Shown here: positions 47,688 through 61,766 of the stretch, in pieces
Position numbering within the stretch: the first letter of the stretch is position 1
Layout: every line of letters starts with the position of its first letter
Source of the DNA: the human T2T-CHM13v2.0 reference genome, Homo sapiens
Strand: one strand, 5' to 3'
NCBI RefSeq assembly: GCF_009914755.1
Contig: NC_060938.1
Length of the DNA stretch: 64,000 bases
The notes under the pieces: model-generated
What the model saw: the letters and a program-made list of their open reading frames with translations, nothing else
What the model was told of the DNA's origin: nothing
The model's database searches: none
Made by a program: the position numbers and the translations under genes

Positions 47688-48180
47688 TTTTTTTTTAACA
47701 CAGATTAGCCTTTATTGGCCTCTAGGGCCCTGGTCCAGCCCTATTGTGGGCCACAGGGAAACCCAGGCTGGGGAGCAGCCTCTAGTCTTGCAAAAGTCCG
47801 TGTTCTCTGGGAAAATAAAAGTCCTCAGTGGTGGGGTGGGGGATGCCCATCCCCACTAGAAATTCTTGTTCTTGCTCAGCCAATGGTGGTGCCCCATGCT
47901 TTGTTTCCGCAGCAGCTGCCAGTACTACCGGCCCTTGGGGTTCAGCTCCTCCAGCATCTTGGGGTATTCAACATCCGATTTCAGAGGCACAACCTGCCCC
48001 TCCTTGTAGATGCAGATGCCCATGTCCAGACAGGGTCTGTGCACACTTCAGGCTCCTTGAGGACCTGGATGGCAGCACCACCTTTTTCTACTTTGACCCC
48101 TTTCACCTCTGGATTCTTGGCATAATCCCAGACCAAGAGTCTTCCAGGAGTGGGGAAATATAGGAGCTCCTGCGCTCCCA
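47688..48180 (-). pseudogene. MRPL54: Processed pseudogene of mitochondrial ribosomal protein L54 (5'-truncated)
   Basis: Translates GAQELLYFPTPGRLLVWDYAKNPEVKG..LKEPEVCTDPV / [54 protein letters not shown], matching recalled MRPL54 (GAWELL..GRLLARDYAKKP..DVCTDPV..IYKEGQDVPLKPDAEYP..YWRRLRKQ..LSKNKRL); no introns; AATAAA (tttatt 47711-47716) and A-tail (T run 47688-47696). Confidence 0.9.
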
Positions 48181-48374
48181 TATATATAAGTATATATATA
48201 TGAGTATATATATATATACACACATATATATATACTTACATATGTGTGTGTGTGTATATATATCTACACAAATATACATAATGTAGATATCTCTTTGAAA
48301 TACTTATATATGCATATGTATATATACATATATGTGTATATATAAGTACATACATATATATGTGTGTGCATGTG

Positions 48375-48408
<34 letters not shown>

Positions 48409-48412
48409 CTTA
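48181..48412. repeat. Degenerate (TA)n/(TG)n tract
   Basis: Seen directly. Confidence 0.9.
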
Positions 48413-48618
48413 TTTGCAGATCTTGGGACTTCTCAGCCTCCATAATCACATGATCCAATTATTTATTTTTAAAAATGCGCTCTCTCTCTCTCTCTCTTTA
48501 TATATATATGTATATATACATGCATATAAGTATTTGAGAGATATATATACATATATGTGTGTATATAATATATGTATCTATATACTTATATACTTAGAGA
48601 CAGAAAGGTAGACTGATA

Positions 48619-49001
48619 GAGTGCATTTTTAAAAATAAATAATTGGCTCATGTGATTATTTAGGCTCAGAAGTCCCAAGATCTATAGTCCAAAGGCCTGA
48701 GAACAAGGAGAACTGATGGTATAAGCTCCAGTCTGAGTATGAGGACAAAAGAAAATGTCCCAGCTTGAGATCATCAGGCAGAGAAAGGGCATTCTCTCTT
48801 GCTCATTTATTTGTTCTATTCAGGCCTTCAATAAATTGGATTAGGCCCACCCACACTGGGGAGGGCAACCTGCTTTACTTAGTCCACCAATTAAAATGTT
48901 AATCTTATCAAGAAAAACTCTCACAGACATACACAGAATGTGTAACCAAATATCTAGGCACCCTGTAGTCTAGTCAAGTTGACATAAAATTAACCATCAC
49001 A
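48619..49001 (-). mobile_element. MLT2 (ERVL) LTR, 3' end not recognisable
   Basis: Minus strand starts TGTGATGGTTAATTTTATGTCAACTTGACTAG; agatcttgggacttct..ataatcacatgagccaatt core. Confidence 0.88.
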
Positions 49002-50035
49002 TTTTCCTTGAATGTAGGGCCCTTTGTTTCTTATATAATGGTAGCAGCTTTTTGGACCTCAACCTTTTACAACTCTATAAGAATAAGAAATGTGTTTATT
49101 TTATTCTAGGCACAGAGAAATTTTCATGATTTTCTTAAGGGGGGAAATAATTTTCTTTTCTTAAAATGTACACACTAGAAGGATACAGTTCTGCTTATAA
49201 ATTATAACTGTTCAATCATGTCCCACAGAAGTACATTGCCTCTAGAATACCAGACTTCCCAAGCTTTAAATATTCATCTCCAAAAGACCAAAACATAGTT
49301 TTTCCAAAAGAAAAGGAACACATACATAAAGGTCTAATCATGCCCCACCTATCTGGAGTAGATTTGAAATGTCAGTCTTTACCCCTTGGAGACTTCATAT
49401 TATCGGACCCAGAATTCAGGTACGCACTATAAGAGTTTCACTTTACCTGTAATTCCTTCAAGAAGAAAGATCCCTCGTGGTATGTTCTACGTGTGAAAAC
49501 TTAGCCCTGAGACATAAACAGGGAAAAATTTATTTCACTCCTAAGACATTAATGCAGAGGTTCATGGTTTATCCTCCTAAAATATCTTCAAATTATGATT
49601 AACATGTAAATTACATTTTAATTTTGAAATCCATGGTATCCTGAAATACATACATAGATATTAAAAATTGAATGAAATACAGTAGAACTTGCTTTCCATT
49701 GGTCATATTTGCATCCTTTCCTAATAAATTCCAGAGACATAACTAGAGAGCACTCTTTATTTCTATGCAGTCCATTTCTTAGGTTATTCATTAATGTTTT
49801 ATTGTTTCCTCCCTATATTTTAATTTTAAATTAAGGAATGTTTCCTTAGCTAGCTTTTCTTGCAAAATTTTTCTTACATGAACACAGGTAGTCATAAAAC
49901 CAGGTTAATGCTGATTAAACCATAAAAACTTGTTTAAAATTCCATACAAAATATATTACACTTACCAAATTACTTTCCTAAATTTTGGAAAAATGTACAC
50001 CAGAAAGTGATCCAACAAATCAGTTACTTCAGGTT

Positions 50036-50165
50036 CTTTATTTTTACAAACTAGAAAATTGTAGTATGGAGAGGCTAAAGAATATGCCCACTTCACACAG
50101 AGATTGAAAATGTGTAATTAAACCCCAAAAGTTCTGATTTCCAGTATCATAGTCTTTCCCATGAA
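50036..50165. mobile_element. MIR fragment
   Basis: tatttttacaaactagaaaattgtag..gagaggctaaagaatatgccca..cacacag. Confidence 0.55.
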
Positions 50166-53100
50166 ATACCCAATTTGAGTATCTGGATATAAATTTTCGT
50201 AATGTAAAAGTAGTATACGCGAATAAATGTGATGCAGACAGAATTGCAAAAGGTAAAATCATCCTTTTGTTGATTTAGGGACAATTTAAATTCAAATATG
50301 TCTTAAGTATAACTAAAGTATTTTTAAAATATAATTTCTATCAATATAGCAGTCATAATTAGAGAGTAAACTTTAATAATTACTTATGTCATTATAAATT
50401 CATTCTTATAAAATAAAAATTTGAAAAAAGTAAAATGGATTATTCAATGATAGATATCCTTTATATAATTTTACATTTCAATTAAAAACTTTAATGCCTC
50501 AAATTGATATCAGTTTCATTTGCTACAATGAGCTGTAAATTCAGACACAGAGAAGGATGTGCATTAGGGCATAAGAAATGAAGCCTTAGCTTGTTCATAA
50601 TAGCTGCACGTTTACAAATGGGATTGCTCCCCATCTATCTCAGGATTCCTGTGGAACAAAGTGAAGAAACCGAAGACAAATCTGTTGAAAGAAGAAAAAT
50701 GAAAGGATGTTGCACTAATAGAATACATTTTTCAAAAGCTTGTGGAAAACAGAAAGTTGATGGCAGCCACTTAACAGACAAAGTGAAAGAAGAGGTATCC
50801 TAGTCTAGATTATGGTAGAAAGAGGCTGCAGGGGAAGTCGAGACGTTTGCCAAAAAGAACGCCATGTATGAGGCACATACACATGCTCACACCCATAACC
50901 TCATACAACCACATACCCCCACACACCACACTTTAAAGAACACCTGCGCTTGTAACTCTATTTATTCTTATTTCTGAGCGTGAAACCCTATTCATTCTTA
51001 TTTCTATATTTTAAAACTTTTCATTATTTGGGTCTAGTCTTTTGTAGCCATTACTTCCCAATTTTGAGTTTCCTATTTTGACTCATCTTTCAGAATTCTA
51101 ATAACATACATGAAACATACATGAAACTTGTCTATCTGAAAATATCTTTTTATTTTTTGCCTTTACGCATGAACTATATCATGGCTTCCACACCAACCGA
51201 AGCTTTTTAAGTATTAGAGTTTACTCCATTTTCTTGGTGCATTTAAGTCATAAAGCAGTCTTCAACCATCTTCACTTTTATTCTTTCACAGGAAACCTAT
51301 TTTGTTTGCTGCCTTTGCTTATTTGTTCACTTTTCTTTGTGTGCTTGAGAGATTATTACATTATTGTATCTAATAATAATATCAATTATATAATAATATC
51401 TCTATATCTCTATTCTATTATTGGAACTGTTTGGACAAAATTTACTTATAACATTGTATACTGGTTTTAGACATGTCTCTTGGTTTTCTTAGAAAAGGAA
51501 ATATTTGCTCTGTCATATCTTTACTTCTTTTGTTTTATTATCTGTTCCAGAGACATCAAATGTTTTAAATTTTAAAACACGACATATGTCCTGATATAAA
51601 ATTTAATTTCTTCATAAATCCCACCTTTCTAAACATTTTTTTACTTTTCTGGATATGTTTATCAAATCTATCCTTTGCTCAACTATTTTATTTTCTGCTA
51701 TGTAAAGTAGTATATTTATTTTACCATAATGTAAGATATATTAATCTTGATATTTCATATATTCATATTATGTTTTCCTTTTGGTAAAAACACTGTTCTC
51801 TTATATCTTATTCAGATCTGGAGGTTATATTTTTTACTACCATTGTTTCTTAGACTTTCCTGATATCAGTAGACCAGGAAAGACCAAGGAAAGTTTGTTC
51901 TTGAAAAGAATCATTGAAAGTTATGTAATAAAAAGAAAATTTTTTTCCTAAATAGAGACATCATTTAAAGGCCCTAATAGAGAGCCAACAAGTTGGGTGT
52001 AAGAGGGGAAAGAGTGTACAGTAGGGTAAGAAAAAGTGATCAATGGAAAGTTCTAGCAATTTGTTTAGTGTAGCAATCGTCATGAGAGTCAACTTCCATA
52101 TGCAAAAATAGAAGAATATATGTGATGGGATTTTTGATGGGTTCAACGTCTTCCTTCTCCATTCCCTCCCGATAACAGACTTACCTTGTAGTTCAGAGAA
52201 CTTTATCATACCCGATGTAGAAGGCTGAAGCGATAGCTTAAGCTTCCTTTAAACTCCTTCCTTTTACCTATAGTTTTCTTTCCCAGCCTAGGGAATTCAC
52301 GTAAGTCAGAGTAGGAAACTGAGAAAAGAGATCATAAGTACTTTTCTCATGTTATAATTTTATCTAGAATGTACTTCTTTTAAGATAAATAATAAGTTAG
52401 CTATTTGTGGGGGAAGGGGACACACAAAATCTGTGCTAGCGATTCAAGTATAGGTATCTCAAAATATTGTAGTGCAATTTACATGACTATAGCAAAGTTT
52501 GTGTTAACCTTTCTTTATACACGGACTATTTATTATCATCACTGTGTAAGCCCAATGAGCAATCAGCTTGTGTGATGGCTGGGTGCCTATGAGATGACTC
52601 GTTTGTAAATACCACAAACATTTGTTAGAACACTGTCAAAGTCACGTAGGCCCTTCTTGCCAGTCAAGCTTATAAATATCCCTGACATTCTGGAGAATGA
52701 GTCTCGTGAACATAATATCATGGAATGTTGACAGAAAATCCAGATTGCTACCCAAACTGCGTGGAATACAAATGAAAGCTTTGATATCTAGCTGTGCCGG
52801 AAAGGAAAAGAGCATTTTGTCTAATGCATATCAATGAATCAAGACTGAAAACATAAAACAATTTGAACTGGTTTAGTGCAGAATCAGACTGTAGCAACAC
52901 AAAATGCATGAGACAAGCATGTTTAATTAGAAAATTAATGTCATGAATTTGAGGCTGGAGGCAGTAAGCATTTTACTTGAGAATTCTTGGATCCCATTGC
53001 TGACATGTGGGTGGCCTGGCAATTCATATTCATATGGGCATATGAATTTATATTCTCAATATTTACTACTGTCACTGGTTATTTTCTATTTATATTAAAA

Positions 53101-53634
53101 TTTACATTTGGCTAAACTTAGTGGTATTCCATTTGTAAAGATGTACTGCAAATATACTAATTCTAATACATAATGCATTTATATATCAAAATACAATGGT
53201 GTACTTGTGACTTTGTGAAGGCATTACTCAGAGAAGTTAAAAAAGTGTAGTATCTTTGATCATTAATCATCCCCATTGTTTCTTCTTTATCCTTATCATT
53301 TAAAAGTTTCTAACTCTTTCTCATCTATCAGTGCAGGTAGAAGGAGGAGGAAGAAGAAAAGTGACAGTAAAAGTAGCATTGATAATATCTTACCTCAATT
53401 GGTCATTTAAGTGCCAGACCATAGACCAAAAGCTATATACTGACCTCCATCTTTAATCTTCCAAAAATTCTACAAATATTGAAAACAAGTTAACTTTAGA
53501 AAAAGATCAAGTAATTAGCCCCAAATGCAGACTTTACACTTTAGCCACTTTGCTATCCTAATGGATAGACTTTCCACATTGAGGGAGTCACTTGAACTGT
53601 ATAATCATAACTGTGTATTGCCTAAGGTTAAATC

Positions 53635-54840
53635 TGTCCATTTATTTAACATGTATTTATTAAACTCTATCCATGTGCCAGACCTCTGCTAGATCCAATA
53701 GATACAGTGAACCAGATACAACAGTAGCTACCTTCTAGGAGCTTAAAGGACAATATTGAATTCAAAATTACTCATTTTTAAAATCTTTTTGCCAATTTAT
53801 TCAAAAATATATTAATGAGAAATCTATCATGTTTCAAGTACTATGCTAGGGAAGTAACATATAAGTAAAAAATCTCTTTTAGGTCAGGCACAGTGGCTCA
53901 TGCCTGTAATCCCAGCACTTTGGGAGCCAAGGTGGGCAGATCACCTGGGGTCAGGAGTTTGTGACCAGCCTGGTTAACATGGTGAAACCCCGTCACTACT
54001 AAAAATACAAAAATTAGACAAGCGTGATGGCATGCACCTGTAATCCCAGCTACTCAGGAGGCTGAGGCAGGAGAACTTCTTGAACCCGGGAGGCAGAGGT
54101 TGCTGTGAGCTGAGATCGTGCCACTGCACTCTAGAGTCTGGATGACAGAGCCAGAATCCATCTAAAAAAAAAAAAAAAAAAAAGAAAAGAAAAAGAAAGA
54201 GAAAGGAAAGGAGCAAGGAAGGAAGGGAGAGAGAGAGAGAGAGAGAAGGAAAGCAAGAAAGAAAGAAAGAAAGAAGAAAAACTCTCTTTTGCTCAAGAAT
54301 TTCAAAATCCAATGATGCAGATAGAAGAGCAAACTGACAAATATTAAACAATGCAATGGAGCTTTGTTAGAAAGATGTAAAGGCTATTAGAGAGAGTCCT
54401 TACAGGGCTCAGAGAAGGATGCACACACACACACACTCAAGATAACAGAGCTAAGGCTCAAATGATGACTAGGAATTAGTCATACAAATCTGGGAGAGAT
54501 GAGAATTGGTAGAACATGCTAGGACAGAATAAATACTATTTCCAGATACATAGAGTCCAGGGCATGAAGGGTGGTCAGAATGCTACGGTTTGAAGAAGGA
54601 CATGTGAGGGAGAGAGGTTCAAGCCTTGAATAGATTTTGCACTACAATAAGGAATTTGTCATAAAAATGACAAGGAGAATTAATTTATATTATTAAGGGG
54701 ACAGATATGATCAGCTCCACATCACTGAAATCATTGAGGAGATTGGATTTCATGCAAAGGATGAGGTGTGTTTTGCAGGCAGACTGGAGTTCTAAAGACA
54801 GGAATGGGATATATTACAATTAGATTAACTTAAAGAGAAC
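53635..54840 (-). mobile_element. L2 3' fragments, interrupted by the Alu at 53882
   Basis: catttatttaacatgtatttattaaactctatccatgtgccag and tttattcaaaaatatattaatgag resemble L2 3' ends. Confidence 0.55.
53882..54281 (+). mobile_element. AluS (Sx/Sz-like) with tail expanded into GAAA/GA microsatellite
   Basis: Dimeric Alu 53882-54163; purine tract 54164-54281; TSD-like aaaaatctctttt / aaaaactctctttt. Confidence 0.92.
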
Positions 54841-55354
54841 TAAGGTTTAAAGACACTTGCATTAATTTGTCTTTTATGCTATTTAGACCTAGAACAGACA
54901 TAGATAAACACAGTCTGACATGGAAATAAATCAAGCAAATGTTAAAATTGCATCTGGCAATGCTGATTACCTTTATCCAGTTGAATATATGTTGCCCTAT
55001 TGTTTTTTGTTTAAAAAAAAACTATGAGATCAATTATTTGTTTTATTACATGGCTTGAATGTAATAAATAGTAGTTACCAATTTCTTCTGGAACAGAAAA
55101 AAAGTATTTTGAATCGTGGTACAAGATGTGTATGTACCTTTATAATCCTTAAAGCTTTGTGTTGAGTTAAAATAGGAGGGGATGATTTGTAGGTTACTTT
55201 GAAATATCACATCTTATTTGAATGAAATATCACATATTTACCACAGTTTTATGAAATCATTGTTATTTCTATGACTTCTTTATTCAAAAATAAAAACTCC
55301 TGATTAGAAACTAATTGTTCTAGGAAATATCAGATATGCATGTGATCAAATCTC

Positions 55355-55850
55355 TGATTCATCATTATTTGAGAGTTCACCCTATGAGATCCCTGGAGTA
55401 AAAAAAGATAGGCAAAGTCTTTCCCTCATGGAGCTCAAATGTGGAGTTGAACGTGCAGGAAATAGGACAATAAAATGAGTAAATCAGCTCTCAGAGGATA
55501 AGTGCCATCTAGAAGAGAAAGTTTATGTTAGAGAGTGGCTAGGTTTGGGGAAATTTTAGATAGGTCATGCAGGAAGCCTCCCTGGAGTAAGCACTGTTGA
55601 AGGTGAGAAGTGACTGACAGGCAGCTGGCCATACCTGGATCTGAAGAACATTCCAGGCAGAGGAGAGAATGGCCTTGGCCATTTTGATGGGCAAAATGTC
55701 AATGTGACTGCATCAGAGAAAGCAAGAGAACATAGACGTGAAATGGAGGGAGGAAAGAGGTGCTGCGGGAGAAGGGAGACAGAAAAAGTTCACAACTGAC
55801 CTTCTGGGCTGGTTTCATTCTAATTACAATGGGAAACCATTAGTAAGGGA
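55355..55850 (-). mobile_element. L2 fragment
   Basis: attcatcattatttgag.., tccctcatggagctca, caggaagcctccctggag, gaacattccaggcagagg. Confidence 0.65.
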
Positions 55851-56362
55851 AAAGATTATTAAATATTTTTGTATTTATTTTGCTAGATGTACATATTAGT
55901 CTTACAATTACAGACTTCAGATTTAACTAGTATGAAATAGTGGACAAACCCCAAAAGAGCTAAATCACTGTCATGACCAAAGTGTATTTACTGTCGTCTG
56001 CAGTTTGGGCAGCTCACAGATTAGACACATAGGAAGTAAGATCTGCCAAACTTATTTTTACTCCCAAACAATTTCAATTAAATGTATTGAGTGTGACTGT
56101 GCACACATTCATGTGTGTGTACACATATGTATATATTATCAAGTCATTTTAAACATAGCAGTATTTTTATTCTTAATTATCTTATCCCTAAAACAAATCA
56201 AAATCTATTACTCATCTCCATCTTAACTCAGTTCATAAGTTCAAGATACTACAAAAGATCTCCATCGGTGGAAAAGGAAAGAAAATTATTTTTACTTCCG
56301 GTTCATTTTTTTGCCAGCAGCTAGGCTTGTCACCTGTCAAAGGACAATATCCTGTTACTTTT

Positions 56363-56776
56363 TTTTTTTATATACTTTAAGTTTTAGGGTACATGTGCAC
56401 AACGTGTAGGTTTGTTACATATGTATACATGTGCCATGTTGGTGTGCTGCACCATTAACTTGTCATTTAACATTAGGTATATTTCCTAATGCTATCCCTC
56501 CCCCCTCCCCTTACCCCCACAATAGGACCTGGTGTGTGATGTTCCCTTTCCTGTGTCCATGTGTTCTCATTGTTCAATTCCCACTTTTGAGTGAGAACAT
56601 GCGGTATTTGGTTTTTTTGTCCTTGCGATAGTTTGCTGTGAATGATGGTTTCCAGCTTCGTCCATGTCCCTACAAAGGACATGAACTCATCATTTTTTAT
56701 GGCTGCATAGTATTCCATGGTATATATGTGCCACATTTTCTTAATCCAGTCTATCATTGTTGGACATTTGGGTTGG
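56363..56776 (-). mobile_element. Short 5'-truncated L1 (L1PA4-like)
   Basis: 3'UTR plus ORF2 tail; TSD TGTTACTTTT (56353-56362 / 56777-56786) at a canonical TT/AAAA site. Confidence 0.93.
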
Positions 56777-59006
56777 TGTTACTTTTAAAAGCCAGAGGAA
56801 CTCGAATGAGAAGCAGGCTTCACAAATTCCAGTCAGGTCATTTCCATGCTAAGGGTGGCTCTTGTTCCTTTCTCCCAGGACACCCTCCTACACATAGGAC
56901 TTTAGATCTGACACATGTCATACAACTGCAGCTCTGCTTTAGGCAGCAAACCCTCAGAAAGAGTGTAAGGACACCAAAAACATTATTTTTTCTACCATGA
57001 AGGGTGCAGCTGGTCAATTATGTTACTCTTTATAACATCTACTATGGATAGGAGAAGACAGAACTCTCAGGGCTCAGTAAGAATAGCATTCCTTCCGTAT
57101 TCTTACCTGCAGCTTTGCCTTAGAGTTGCTCTTTTTCTCAGTTGTTTCATGGACAAAAGAGCAGAGAATATGCTGGCCTGAATATATATGGGTCTTCTTG
57201 TTAAAAAAAGATTAAAGGGTGTTGATACGTTTCTGACTGAGAAATGTTGTTGATATCCTTCCACTGTATGCTCAATCAGGAAATGACAATAATCATCAAA
57301 TTAAACATGTCCTAATTATCTCTGCAATTATAAGATGACGATTTAACATTTATCCTTGTGACTCTGAGCTGCGTAGTAATTGATCTGTTTTCTGCAGTCC
57401 TAATTCAGCAACTCTAAAAATGCTAAGCATACTATCATAAAAAATGAGCTGTGCAAACATATTTTAGCTATTATTTTTCCCCATATTTGCTAACAATACA
57501 AAATTCAGGTAGTTTACTGTGATTATTACTATTGTTGATATTATTAATGCATTAATTTGTATTTATTTTAAATAAAAATTGAAGTATAAAACATCTTTTT
57601 AATTTATTTATCTAGCAAGTCCTACTAGTCAATTTCAATATGATAAACCAAATGGAAAGTGTATGAAAAGAACTGCCGATTTGACATTATACTTTTTCAA
57701 TAAACAGAGAATTATTTCCAGAATAATTCTTATAACTATATGTACTGAGATTTTCTTATTTATATTATTGGTAACTTTGGTAAATATAATTGTGTTTATT
57801 CTTATAAATTACACAACAGTGCAAATTCACCAGTATCAACCTCTTAAGCAGAGCTAGGGCAAAGAACCCATAACAGGTTATTTTGAAGACTCCACTTAGA
57901 ATGCTAAATTTCTAAGAGCGAGTCTTAGCACATTGAGTTTGAGGATGTGCCTGGTATTGATATTACTCTACATCAAATAAATAATAATTTATGATTTCCC
58001 TGGAAACTAAGTAATGGGACCTATGGAATAGCAAAGGGATTTTTCTTTTTGTATTGTATTTCATTGTTTAATATAAGAATAATATTTTAGGGAAAATGAA
58101 ACTATAATTTTGATGTATAAGAATTAGAATAATTGTTGCATTTGGTCAAGGTTCTTTTTAAATTTAATGAGATTGAGATTACTTTTACTTTTCTACTGAA
58201 ATAATGAGAATAAAATTTACTAGTCTGGAAAGTTTGGGTCAATATGGCCTGGTGAAAAATTAAGCCATGGTTGTCAGGTCTACTCGGTGAAGTTGCCTTG
58301 GTCAAGGAGATGTTCCTAGACAAAGAGACACAAAATAGCTACTAAAACGCTTCTGAGCATGCACAAGGATAAGTGGGATGAGCCAAGAACACAAGGTCTC
58401 ACTAATGGAAACTGGTGTTTGGGCAGTCACTATGTTTGACATAGCTACTCCTGATTGTCTGAATAGTGTAACTCCCTTCATGTCAATAATATTATAATGC
58501 AAAACTCCTTAAATAAGTGAAATAAAGAATAACCAGAGGTGACACAGTAACAATTATTTTGGTGGTTTCATCCAAGACAAAGATCTGATTTTGTAGGAAT
58601 TTGTGCAGCAAACAGAAGTAGAGATTATAAAAAGGTGTTAGGTTATAGACAAAATTGGTAATTGATAGAAACTTTAAAAAAAAATTTACTGGTTTAGTTG
58701 TTCTTCATGCCAATTAATCAATTTTTCCAAATCTGTATTGCTTCACCTCCTTTAGTGTCAGGATGTCTGTCTGTTGGAGGGATCTTCAATTGGCAAAAGA
58801 GAGGACTAGTAGCATGTAAGTGGCTGGGATTTCTAGTAATTATAGCGGCTTGGATCTTAGATTAATTCTCTGCTTTTTTCTATGGTCAGAGAAGGCAAAG
58901 CCCATCTCTTTGCAGTAGATCCAGGAATCACTAAGTTGAACCTCAGAGTTTTTATGACAAGAAACCTAAGAATATATTCACATACTGTATTAAAAGTTGT
59001 CGAACA

Positions 59007-59384
<378 letters not shown>

Positions 59385-60959
59385 TTAAAAATATCTATTT
59401 TTCATTTAAGAATACAACGATGTTTTGCCACAGGTCTTAGAAAGAAAATGCATCATTAAGCCTTGTAATCAAGGTAAGATATTTTATTTAGGATTACACA
59501 CATTATTTTAAATAATCATGATTTACCTTGCTTCTGATAGGATATTCAAGAAATAGCCAAGAAAATTATTTGCCTGAGGTCACACACATCAATAGAAATT
59601 ATGGAGAAAATCCCATGTTTTCATCCTCAAAAGTCAATCAGAACCATGGAATCATGTTATTTCCCAAATCATTTCTTTTTAGTATGAAGTAATAAATGTA
59701 TTCCTTACTTCATACACAAGCTAAATTCTTGATGAGGTCAATTTTCTTCACTGCATTAAATTCTCTGTAAATGATCCAAAGTCACTGCTCTCTGACAACA
59801 CTTTAGTAGTTTATATCAGTAATCACAGTCCAGTTCCTAGTATTAATGTGTCCACATTATAAAAGCTGTCAGGAAAATTGATATTAATAAGAGCCTTTGC
59901 TGGAGATCTCAGGACAAAAGCCAAGTGTAAAATTCTGTGGACAATGAACTCTGTCCCAACTTCCAAGGGCCATGCCTTCCTATCAGAATTAAAATGTACT
60001 GGCAGAAAGGTTTCACCATGACCACATATTGTACCTTTGGAAAACCAGAAAATTTAAATCTATAGTGTCAGGACTTTTCATCTCTCATGATACATGCTTC
60101 ATTCAGTACAAGTATTCTTTAGCATACATTTGAGCTATTTGAACTTAATCAGCTGCAAGAACAAAGAACAATTAAGACTACTTTGAAACACAGGTAGTTT
60201 GTTATGCAAACATAGCAAACTTGACCTCTTACACCCACCTCATAGGCATGCGCAGTGTAAGACCCCAAGAAGTGAATTGAAGCTTGCTTCTCCTTACACA
60301 AATATTAAGGAAACAAATTTCTAGGCACAGAAATGTATATAAATCCTACTGTTTACACAGTTACCAAAATAGATTATTAGTCATTCTCCTGCAGGGGCTG
60401 AAGTGTATTTCTGGACTCCCAGATGGAATTTGAGAAATAAATTGTCCTGGAGGTATACAAGAGAAATTGCCTCTGTGACAACCTAACCACCATTGTTTCC
60501 ACAAGAAGATGATTTTCAAGTTCTAGAGTAGTTTTAAAATATACTTTAAGAGAATAATTTCCTCATAACCTATGGGCTACCTACATTTGTTCTGCCTCCC
60601 AATATTTTAACATGTTAACAACCTGTTGTTTCATTAGTTATTTTTCATTGGTTTATAACTGTACCATATATTCATATACATTATTTCTATTTGGATGTTG
60701 AGCCATAAACATGTGGGTGGACAAGTTGATATTTGGGGTGGGAATGTTCAGGGACCTTGACCATTGTAAAGTTGTTAAAGCTCTCAAATTTTTATTTGCA
60801 TAGGACTTTGTCATTGAAAAAAATAAAAACAGTTCACACGAAATTTTCTTACTATTTTTCCAGTATAACTTGGGTTAATTCAATACAAACTCAGAAAAAT
60901 ATTGACGCTTTCAGTAATGCTTTAACTGTAACTGGGTTGTCCATTAATGAAATTATTTT

Positions 60960-61318
<359 letters not shown>

Positions 61319-61765
61319 TTATACATGTTTTAACACATTTTGTGAACTCCTGCTCCGTGAGATTCCAAACTTTGCCTTTTAAATCCTCTTAAATGATACT
61401 ATAGTTTCTCTAATCTGGTATTCTGGATGAAATAAACAATCTATATTATGATTAATTTCATTACATAAACATTCCTTCAAAATTATTATCTAGTTTTGTG
61501 TTTACTCTTATATATCCTGGTGTTCCTTTAATCTAATTTGAAGAGTTATATTCATACAGGTTAAGAATTCATTATTTCAACTCCTCTTTTAAAAATTGTT
61601 TACCCTCAGGAATAGTCATATAAGAATTTCCATCAGTGTGTTCAATAGATTTCTTTCTTCCTAGACCTAATAGGTAGAATATAAAAGCAAGACTGACCCC
61701 AAAATGAAGGGAAACTATGAAGAAAGTAGAGATAGGATTTCTGAAGTACTGATAATACAATCTAC

Positions 61766-61766
<1 letters not shown>

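Noticed and set aside
47715-48163. + strand ORFs of 136 and 111 aa
   Set aside because: Antisense shadows of the GC-rich MRPL54 retrocopy.
50591-50803. Purine-rich ORF after a tatctcag acceptor-like site (possible exon)
   Set aside because: No recognisable homology, weak polypyrimidine tract and no convincing donor site.
52697-52837. Short ORF containing IISWNVD, like an APE-endonuclease N-terminus
   Set aside because: Only about 46 codons and no further endonuclease motifs follow; probably chance.
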